From NCBI GenBank assembly GCA_900617105.1, contig UYFQ01000778.1, positions 1 through 52,549 on the forward strand: a stretch of DNA of 52,549 nt, given 5' to 3'. The translations under genes and the position numbers were made by a program. Under the pieces are notes generated by a model that was not told the origin of the DNA, did not search any database, and worked only from the letters and a program-made list of their open reading frames with translations. This DNA comes from Hydrurus foetidus. Lineage: Eukaryota. This document shows positions 23,703 to 33,190 of this stretch, one piece after another; the stretch's first letter is position 1; every line of letters starts with the position of its first letter.

Positions 23703-24987
23703 ATGACAGCAGTTCCATTTTTCGTTGTGGCAGCAATTCTGATTATCAATCTCTCATCCTCGGCAGAAATCGAGTTTCTCGATAATATTGGCATCACACC
23801 GGTAAGAAGACAGACTATGCAAGACCCAAATTTTGACCGCTCTTACGATCGTTGATTGCCTACAACAGGATAATCCGTTTTACAGCAATCCTAGACAAGG
23901 TGAGCAAAGTTCACAACTTCAAATAAGACGACTCAAACGCTCTAGCATGTCCCCTCCTGGGCCTGGCACTCAACGGCAGCCAAAACCAGCTCGATCAGTA
24001 GGATCTAATGCCAGAAAGCTCCAGATTAATGGAATGCCGCCGACGCCGCCACCTCCTCCTCCTCCTCCTCCTGGTGCCTTTAGTATGCCAGGACCAAGTG
24101 GACATGCTCGATCACTTACGGAAAGAGAGAAGCTAGCAAGTGGGACGTCTCTTGAGAACGGTGTTTACAGCATGCCTGGGTCTTCGAGATCAGCAGGATC
24201 TAATGCCAGGAAGCTCCAGATTAATGGAATGCCGCCGACACCGCCACCTCCTCCTCCTGGTGCCTTTAGTATGCCAGGACCAAGTGGACATGCTCGATCA
24301 CTTACGTCTCTTGAGAACGGTGTTTACAGCATGCCTGGGTCTTCGAGATCAGCAGGATCTAATGCCAGAAAGCTCCAGATTTATGGAATGCCGCCGACGC
24401 CGCCACCTCCTCCTCCTCCTCCTGGTGCCTTTAGTATGCCAGGACCAAGTGGACATGCTCGATCACTTACGGAAAGAGAGAAGCTAGCAAGTGGGACGTC
24501 TCTTGAGAACGGTGTTTACAGCATGCCTGGGTCTTCGAGATCAGCAGGATCTAATGCCAGGAAGCTCCAAATTAATGGAATGCCGCCGACACCGCCACCT
24601 CCTCCTCCTCCTCCTGGTGCCTTTAGTATGCCAGGACCAAGTGGACATGCTCGATCACTTACGGAAAGAGAGAAGCTAGCAAGTGGGACGTCTCTTGAGA
24701 ACGGTGTTTACAGCATGCCTGGGTCTTCGAGATCAGCAGGATCTAATGCCAGAAAGCTCCAAATTAATGGAATGCCGCCGACACCGCCATCTCCTCCTCC
24801 TGGTGCCTTTAGTATGCCAGGAAAAGATGGGACCCTGCCTTCAGTTGATAGAAAGCTCCAAGTAACAAGTAGGCCACCGAATTCAGTCAGTTATAGCATG
24901 CCTGGATCAGTACGATCAGCTGTCAGGGGGTTTCAGGGCCCTGCTGACCTAATCAATTCCAACAAGCCGGTGGTGAATATCGCATGA
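23703..24987 (+). CDS. Secreted proline-rich tandem-repeat protein with recurring RXL motifs (exons 23703-23801, 23869-24987)
   Basis: Exon 1 encodes a signal peptide (MTAVPFFVVAAILIINLSSSA). A phase-0 GTAAGA..CAG intron joins it to ORF 23833-24987. Confidence 0.85.
24001..24820 (+). repeat. Coding tandem repeat, units starting at 24001, 24196, 24355, 24547 and 24739 (195/159/192/192 bp + partial)
   Basis: Near-identical units differing by CCT triplet number and one 27-bp in-frame deletion. Confidence 0.95.
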
Positions 24988-26275
24988 ATCGTGTAAGCTC
25001 CGCTATGATGGGCTGCTAGCAATTCAAATTTCGCCACTGAAATGACGGTCGCTGATACAGGAAATGTTTCCTGCATCCGTGTCCTTTGAGGACGTGATAT
25101 CAGAAGAAGAAGATTCACAGCAAAGAATGACTCATGAGTTCATCCCTTCAATTTTTTAACTTTTGCCAAATGTATGGGGGTTCCAATAATTAAAAGAATC
25201 ATTTTTGAAAATTGATATCTCGCTGACCATGAACTATGGCCAGTGAACCATGCTATGGATTCTCAATACGATAGAGTCCATTCGACGCTCCGATAGCTTA
25301 TTCCGGTAAGAACTAATAGAATACAGATACACAATGTATTTATAGCATCGCTTCCCCTCCCATCACTCTGCCAATGCAAATTTTTGGGGATCTCAGAGAC
25401 ACATTTCATGTAGTTGCTGGTCAGTTAAGCCATTCATTGGGTGTTCAACAGTAGATAACGCCAGGTGATTTTTTAGCGGACTGTGCCGCCGTTTGAACTG
25501 AACCAGTAGCGGTGCCCATTGTGGAAAAAAAATACCACCAGTGAGAGGATCACGATTCGGTGTCGCAGTGCCCGGAGCTGACTACATCGAAGTATTCCAT
25601 CATCTGCATCTTGATTTCGATTCGACAGCCCAGAACCAAGTGCTGCCGGTATCTCCAAACAATCCGCAACGTAAATCTCGACCGCAAGTTAGCAGCGACT
25701 TCGATTGCCTTTGCGAAGTAGCACTTGTGATGAAAGGAAAAATGAAGCACTTTCAACTCTTAAAATTTCCAGCGAGGTATTAGCTCGCGCTACAATTTCA
25801 GGCAACTAAATTAACTAGGGGCAAACTTTTGAGACAAAAATGTGGATGTACTCACCTCAAATTAGAATAATTAATTGGTTCATCTCCAGCTGTGATTCAC
25901 ACCGATACTGCACTATGCAAATGAAACTGATGACAGTTTGCGGCCATGCCGATGCGTATCTTCTGCCTTGAAGCTTTGAATTGGTGTCATCGAGTGTCCT
26001 TCAAGTGAGAAACCATAAACTTGAACTCTGTTGAGGTTGTCTCCGATTTATGGTGAAAGAGACGGTCGCGGGGTAGGGCTCAGCGCTCAGCATACTAGAG
26101 TGGTTGTGATTTTGACAATAATTCTCAGATCTTGGATCAAAAGTTGGTTTTCAACAATTATCCAAATAAAATTATCCAATTATTCACGGACGCCACTGAG
26201 AAATAAATTATTTCGCTGAAGAAGTTATTGAAATTGTAATGACAGCTATTTAATTTTATCTTTTAGAATATCGCC

Positions 26276-27193
26276 ATGTCAGACTCAAATTCTGATGTTG
26301 TGGTTGTGAAGGGGAAGGGTTACATGAAGTGGTCAGTAGAGATGGAAAAATTGTTGGTGAAATCTGTGAAGGTCAATAGAGCGCATATAAAGACGAAGAA
26401 GTTACAATTTCAAGAGAAGTATGACAAGGTCATCGTCGATCTATGGTCAAGGAAACTGTTCAATGAGCAGTGTGAGAAGCAAACCTGGACAACAGTCCAG
26501 AAAATTTTCCGTGCCTTGTGCGAAAAATTCCGCTCTTCCCATGGATACGGCGACTCCGGTATGCGCGTGAACCTCAGCGCTTTGCCGGATATGGACGAGC
26601 TCTCCGAAGTCAACGAGCTCCTACATGACATGTGTAAAGAAATCGCCAGCCAGATTGAAGAGACGGATCATGAGAAGAAAGTTAAATCCGAGAAGAAGAA
26701 AGTGGTCATGGACATTACAGATGTAATCCAAAGTGGGGGAGGGAAGCCTGGATTGGCGAAACTGGCAGGGGATATGAAAAAAAGTGGTGAAGAATACCTG
26801 TCTGGTAAGACGGAAAACTTCGTGAAAGCTTTATCCGAAAGCAGCGATAGCTCCAAGGGGTTACCAGTCTCGAGATCAGTCTCGTCCGAAAGTAGCGGCG
26901 TTCCGGCAAGCGCTCTGAAAGGTAACATCTTTACCGCAGTCACTGGCGAATCATCAGTAAGAAAGCGAAAAATTAGCAGAAGTGAAATCGAGGGCGAGGA
27001 TCTTATGCGAACATTCACTGACCAGTTCCTGAGAGAAGATCAGGCGGAAGCGACGAGGATGAGCAACTTGGAGGAAACAATCCGCATTTCAGGAGAGGCA
27101 ACAATAGCGGCAATCGCTGCTGGCAACGAGGAGGTCGCAAAATCTAACAGAGCACTGTTTACTATGCTGTCAACTCTACTAGTAAATAGATAG
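26276..27193 (+). CDS. Myb/SANT-like accessory protein of transposon A
   Basis: KWSVEMEKLLV N-terminal helix motif and coiled-coil-like C-terminus; lies inside the TIRs, convergent with the transposase. Confidence 0.75.
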   Translation: MSDSNSDVVVVKGKGYMKWSVEMEKLLVKSVKVNRAHIKTKKLQFQEKYDKVIVDLWSRKLFNEQCEKQTWTTVQKIFRALCEKFRSSHGYGDSGMRVNLSALPDMDELSEVNELLHDMCKEIASQIEETDHEKKVKSEKKKVVMDITDVIQSGGGKPGLAKLAGDMKKSGEEYLSGKTENFVKALSESSDSSKGLPVSRSVSSESSGVPASALKGNIFTAVTGESSVRKRKISRSEIEGEDLMRTFTDQFLREDQAEATRMSNLEETIRISGEATIAAIAAGNEEVAKSNRALFTMLSTLLVNR

Positions 27194-27390
27194 CTGCATG
27201 AGCAAATGTTGTTCATTATAATCAAAGTACGTTAACTTTTGCATGAAAAGTGTTTCATTTTGTGCGTTACGCTTCGAGGTCAATAAAAAAGTTCGTTACT
27301 TCGAACATGAAGAAATTTAATTCTAAAATGCACGGAAGTCATCTACTCTACTCTACAGCTCTCTCATCGATTGAAGATTGAGGGCATAAT

Positions 27391-28695
27391 CTAATCGAAA
27401 GCCATCTCGTTCCTTGGTCCTTCTGCAGTATAAGCCTCAAAACTGGGAGGGGGGCAACGAAACCACTGAGAGGTTTCGTTGTGATTCATGCAGTTCCAAG
27501 CGTTGTTCAAAGTGAAACATAGGTCGATAATGTTATCAGCTCTTTCAAATCCTGTAAGCAATTGGAATGTGTGCTTTTTACCTATGATCCTCCAGTATTG
27601 TGTGAGGTCACGATACATCCATTCAATACTCTCCCTGCATCCGTTCATTGCTTTGTTGAGCTCAGCATATTCTTCGCCGTCCTTTTTACAGGAGATCCTA
27701 TCTTGCTGAGGATAAGCCGAGTCTCCATAACAGGAAAAATATTCCGCTGGTGGACGCTCTGAGGTAAGCTCTACTAAGCGATCATTGATGTCTGACTCGA
27801 CCAACAGGTGCAAGTCATGTCTTCTGCATGAATAACCTTTGCTGACATGAAACGCCATCCCATTAGCCATACCGATCGACTGTTTTTTGATTCCATGGGA
27901 TTTTTTCCACCCGTTGTAGAAGGCCTCCTGAACAAGATAAGGATACCTAGCGGCGAGGACACCTGGTGCCATTGGCCCCCCCCCTGTCCTGCATGACGGT
28001 ATGATTGTGCAGTCTATGAAAAGTGCTACGAGAAATTCTTCATCGATATCTTCATCGACATCGTATCCATAATGTGATAACATTTTTGCCTTGATAGCAT
28101 CCCTAGATTCTTCCAGATAATTTCCCCAAAATTCGAAATGATCCCGTAGCAAGTAACCCCAATTTTCATTCATCCATCTTGCAAAGTAGATGACACCTCT
28201 ACAAATAGTTGAATGGTGAATTTTGTATTTCTCTTGCAGGTCAAGGTATCGGGATCCAAGCGCACAACGCTCGAGTGCGATGAGGAGCAGCTCTTCACCT
28301 GCAAAGCGGTAACCGAAGTCTGGAATGACGAAATATGCTGGGATGCGGAATCCGGTGAGCAAGCGATGCAGTTGATTTCGGCTTTTGAAACGGTAATCTG
28401 CTGCGATTTTACCCTCTTCTATTAGATTTGAATCGATTGACAATCTCTCTCCTACATAACCGATGTAAATTCTGCGTGGAATAGTAGCTACAGCCATGAA
28501 TTCTCCCGAAATTCTTCTCATGAATCGTATCGCTATCGCTGCCCTATTCTCGTCTATTTCTCCATTCAGAACATCGTGCATTCTCAGGAATAGAGCCATG
28601 AGAACGCGCTTTCGATGGCGGTCAATGCCAGTCAATGCAGCACTGTGGCGACAATTGATGTCGAGGTTCTTTGAACTCGTCTTGTAGACAACCAT
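27391..28695 (-). CDS. Harbinger-type DDE transposase (DDE_Tnp_4-like) of transposon A
   Basis: FIDCT, FYNGWKKSHGIKKQ, RRHD, YGDSAYP and RESIEW motifs. Start is ATG 28695 or 28734. Confidence 0.9.
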   Translation of the reverse strand: MVVYKTSSKNLDINCRHSAALTGIDRHRKRVLMALFLRMHDVLNGEIDENRAAIAIRFMRRISGEFMAVATIPRRIYIGYVGERLSIDSNLIEEGKIAADYRFKSRNQLHRLLTGFRIPAYFVIPDFGYRFAGEELLLIALERCALGSRYLDLQEKYKIHHSTICRGVIYFARWMNENWGYLLRDHFEFWGNYLEESRDAIKAKMLSHYGYDVDEDIDEEFLVALFIDCTIIPSCRTGGGPMAPGVLAARYPYLVQEAFYNGWKKSHGIKKQSIGMANGMAFHVSKGYSCRRHDLHLLVESDINDRLVELTSERPPAEYFSCYGDSAYPQQDRISCKKDGEEYAELNKAMNGCRESIEWMYRDLTQYWRIIGKKHTFQLLTGFERADNIIDLCFTLNNAWNCMNHNETSQWFRCPPPSFEAYTAEGPRNEMAFD

Positions 28696-29140
28696 GCTGT
28701 AAATTGTACAACTGATTGACCAAGACAGACTCATCTGACAAGTATTACGAAGTTTATTTGAAATTTTAAAAACAGGACTCCATAAGGACAGCAATAAAAC
28801 TTAACTGCCATTTGAATTACGTTTGCTACATCAAATCAAGATAAGTGAAATTACAACCATGTTTTCGTATGCGTAAAATTAACGAAAATTTAATTCAATA
28901 ATTTCTTGCGAAAAAAGATCACAACCACTCTACTACGGGCGAACCCCAGGAACTCCGTACCTTACACCGCCATTATATGTCGACATCCAAACTGGCGAAA
29001 AAGCGGCGAAGAAAAAGCGTCTTTTCATGCCACTTTTTGCTGACGAGATTATACGAACAATGTCGACCTTTCAAATAGTGACAGATAGAAGTAGATGTTC
29101 GAACTCGAACGAAGAGACTTCATACGATAACTAAAACAAT

Positions 29141-30603
29141 ATGCTGTCTCTCGAATCAAACGTTTCTCCAAAACGGAAGCTGCTATGGGAGTCTGACGAG
29201 GATACGGAGGAAATCTCTTTCGAATTCAACAGCGGGGAGCTGAAAAGGAAGAGATTGCTGGTTGGTTTGGCCTTTTTTTCAATACTGTCTTTGGACGGCG
29301 ATGATGTTCTTGGTGTCCGTGGTCAAGTTAGAACGGGCAACAAGCACCGGGACAGGAGTCGCATCATTGCTTGGTCCAAGGAAATAGATGACGTCATGTT
29401 TAGGAGACAATTTCGATTACATCGTATTGATTTCCATGATGTGCTACTGAAGATAAATGTGGATTTGGATAAATCGGTTTTGCACGCCGTCAACAGTTCT
29501 GGTTCAGCGGTGTCTCCATACTTGATGTTAATGATAACGCTTCGTATCCTTGCCGGTGCATCGTATCTTGACATGATTCATTATCATGTTCATGTTGATT
29601 CAATATCGAGGATAGTCTGGCAAACTGTAGAATCAATTCATAGGAGAATAGATAACATCAAAGTGGCGAGGAATGATAGTGAATGCAAAGCTTTGGCTAC
29701 CGAATGGTCGGAAATACAGCTGAGGCGATGGGGAACATACGTAGCTGTGGGAACTATTTATGCTGGTGACGGCCTTGTTCTTGAAATCCAGCAACCGTCC
29801 TTGAAGGAGCTTAGAGGTCGATCTATTTCCATTTTTAGAAACAGGAAAGGTTTTTGGGGTCTGATAGCTCAGGGATTCTGCGATGCGTATACAAGATTCA
29901 GTGTCCTTGATGTGAAATGGCCAGGAGGTACCAACGACATAGTGGCGTATAGAATGTCAGATCTTTGTCATCTAGCGATGAATGGACACTTCCCAGAATG
30001 GGCCTCATTTGTTCTTGACGAAGCATACTCCTCTCTCGGTGGAATGCATTTGACACCGTATTCAAGTGGCCAACTGAAGTAAGTAACGAATAAATCCATG
30101 TGTAAACCGTTGAATTGTTTTCTGAATTACTTCCATATTATTGCAGGTTCATGAAATCCCGGAATCCTACGCAGTACATGAAACTGATAGCTTTTAACAA
30201 TATTTTGTCCTCGCAAAGGATTACAATCGAACGCGCATTCGGCATTCTGGTTCGCCGATGGGGCATACTGTGGCGTCCAATCGCCTTTAAAATGAAAAAA
30301 GTATCAAAGATAGTAAGAGTGTGTGCTATGTTGCATAACATTTGTGTAGATAGATGGAAAATAAACAATCCAATCAAATATGGTGATCGTGGGCAGCGAT
30401 GGCCTGATGATGTTCCCGACAGCATCACTAGTGATTCCATATTTCCAGAAGAGAAAGAAATCATCAAGAGATTGTATAATAATTATATAGTAGAACGAAA
30501 AAGAAATGTCAATCAAGGATTGCGATCCTGTATAACTGAGGATATTTACGATGCTGGATTACGAGCAAATCGCGATACTGAGCATTTACCTATTCCACGC
30601 TAA
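29141..30603 (+). CDS. HARBI1-like DDE transposase of transposon B (exons 29141-30078, 30147-30603)
   Basis: TLRILAGASYLD, AGDGL, RNRKGF, WPGGTND, LDEAY and RITIERAFGILVRRWGIL motifs; a GTAAGT..CAG intron restores the frame. Confidence 0.92.
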
Positions 30604-30656
30604 TATCAAAGGCGCAAAATTCTATTTAGATTTTAATTGACTATTCATAGAATTGA

Positions 30657-32171
30657 TTACATCAATCTTTTTAATTTCTGCTTCAACAGTGCAATATCTT
30701 CGGCTGTGTAAATATCATCACGTTGTGGATGCGTCAGTTGACTGGTCAGTCTTTCAACTTCGAGAGACGTCGTCTTGGCTTTCTCTGTCTCTGATGTTGC
30801 GTAATTTTTTGCGATCATGGAGTCATTCAAAGAAGCGCTTGAGTTGCCATCTGTGCTCACTGAATCAGGTGACATGATTGATCGAAAGAGACCGATTTGC
30901 TTCTCCGAAAATATGTTACGTTGTTTTTCTTCTCTTTCTCTCGCCGATTTTTTTCTTCTTGAATACTCTGTCTCACTGCTCTGTGGTTCTTCTTTGATCG
31001 CATCGTCACCATTTTCATCCTCCATCAAAACTGATTCCATAAAGTCTAGATCCTTGTCTCTCAGCACCAAATAGTAGAAGAATAGGTTGGCATCTTTGGT
31101 GCGACTTTCTCCGGTACGCTCGTAGGCAGCCTTAATCAAGTCCGTATGGGAGGAGTGGAATCCACTCTTCGCCAGTTTTGCCAGGAGGCCGTTGAAGGAA
31201 CTCCTCATTTTCGTATTTAAGGCTTTCAGTTGTTCGCCTCTCGTCAGAGACGGTGTATCACAAAAAATCCCATTGCTTGGATTTATGTCACCAACAATAT
31301 AACCCTCATAATTTTCAATTGCTAACTCCGCATAAGTATTGCTGTATAAAGCTCTTTTCTGCATAATCAGGTCTGCAAGCTCACTCCACTTTGCTATAGA
31401 CAATGCTGGGGCTCCAATATCCAACACCTCTATTAGCAAGTGCTAATAAAGATAAAGACTTTTTATGGTGACGTGATGAGGTGTGTTACAGAATATGCTT
31501 TCTACTCGGTTCATACCTGGTCTAGCCTTAGCTTCTATCGGTTTCGCTAGATGTTGCCAATATTGAATCAGGTCTGGGTCAGCAATAGCACATGCCAGAA
31601 GTGCTACCCTATCGCAAACGCGTCCATTGCTCAAATGACTCACGGATGAAAACGGTACGAGTTCTACCACACGCTTCTTCTGTTTCTTATCCACATTGAA
31701 GCCTTCAAGTATGCTTTTCGTAACTGTACTCCATTGAGTGCTACCAAATTTCAGTTCAGTTATGGTTTTCTCAATTTTATCTTTGAAACTTTTCAGTTTA
31801 GTGCTCTTAGATTCTTTCCCCCACTTGCAAGAACTGTCCTCTTGATTTATCAGTTTGAGAGACCCAAGAGTCTTTACGATTCTGTTCATCGTCAAAGAAA
31901 GACCGAATTTCTGTCCGGAATTTGACAGCATCTTCAGGGACTCAATGATATCATCACCACTCTTTGCCAGATGGAGCACCTTAGAGAATTTGGCGCATTT
32001 CTCCTCATCAGTCTCAACTACGATTGTATCGTCTATTTCAAGGATATCGGCATCCATACAAATTTCTCCAAATGCTTCCGAGTCCAGCGACTGATTTTCA
32101 TTCGATGCCGACCTGATCTCATTCTCTGAATCAGAGCTGTACGCATCTTCTACAGCTTTCCTCTTGCTCAT
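30657..32171 (-). CDS. Accessory (probable degenerate Myb/SANT-type) protein of transposon B (exons 32171-31517, 31429-30657)
   Basis: A GTATGA..TAG intron with GCTAAT branch point joins ORFs 31443-32198 and 30657-31439. NLS-like MSKRK. Convergent with the transposase. Confidence 0.7.
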
Positions 32172-33190
32172 TCTCCAGAAGAAGGAGTTGAATCGCAAAT
32201 TCTAATTGTGAAGGGCTGTCGCTGTAGCTACTTTTATGTTCTGACGCTTTTGGATGTTCAGCCAAGATGGCGGGATGTGGAGCTGGAAAGTGGCGAGTAA
32301 AAAAGTGGATTGCCGCTTTTTTCGCCGGTTTTTCTCCGCTTTTGCCGTCGACATCGTTCGTATACTTTCGATGTTAGAAAAATGTAAAACGTTGAAAATG
32401 GATTTTGAGTGGAATCACCACCCAGATATTTCTCGTCATTTTCAGGTATTATTTATTATTTTTTGGTACAGTCTACGGTAGAACGCTGTATACAACACAC
32501 CAAAGCTTTCATCTCGAGTACTTTCGATATCGACCAGATCACATCACCAAAGCATCTCCTAACTAACAAACACAATAGCCATTCCATATCACTTCTGGCC
32601 GCCATATAATTTTCCTGCAACGAGTTTACGATACATAGTCAATAAGACATATGTGACAGGCTCCGAGGTTACTTTAGAGACTGATACCAACGATCACATA
32701 ATCAAAAATTGTTTCAACGGGATCACATTAATCTGATACTATATTTTTGCTGTAGTTGTAAAGGATTTTTGATTTTAAATAGTCTTGTTATCAAAAATTT
32801 GTCCATAAACACTCCGGTAGAATTTTCGATCATCAGATTATCAAATATCTTTTGTGACTTTTTTTGAAAACTCTTAAAGTTCATTGAGGTTATTGATTCT
32901 CATGTGATACACTACTCTATAAAATTTTGATGTGTAAATAATCTTGGCGAAAAAGTTACAACGTTTTTACTTTATCTCATACATGAAGCGGGTACGGGGA
33001 TCCTGGGGTTCGCCTACGGTAACGGTAACGGTGAATGTGATATCGAAATTCGAGATGCGACTCAAATTGACTTCATGTGACAGCAACTCAAACTCAAACT
33101 CAACTGTAAGACGATTTATCTTCAGGAGCGTCAAGATTACAGATCGATCACTTCCAAGCAATGCCGGTTTCCGGTAACACTGTTGTTGTG

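Larger units (their letters stand above)
26097..28931 (-). mobile_element. PIF/Harbinger-superfamily transposon A (Pangu-like), 14-bp TIR AGAGTGGTTGTGAT, 3-bp TSD ACT
   Basis: Perfect TIRs at 26097-26110 and 28918-28931; ACT at 26094-26096 and 28932-28934; two convergent intact ORFs. Confidence 0.92.
28979..32352 (+). mobile_element. PIF/Harbinger-superfamily transposon B with GTCGAC termini, imperfect TIR of about 32 bp, flanked by AT
   Basis: Left gtcgacatccaaactggcgaaaaagcggcgaa versus reverse-complemented right gtcgacggcaaaagcggagaaaaaccggcgaa; AT on both sides; two convergent genes. Confidence 0.75.
28938..33014. mobile_element. MITE-like element, 24-bp TIR GGCGAACCCCAGGA(A/T)C(T/C)CCGTACC, 4-bp TSD TACG; about 700 bp once nested transposon B is removed
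   Basis: 28938-28961 and 32991-33014 are inverted with 22/24 identity; TACG at 28934-28937 and 33015-33018. Confidence 0.75.
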
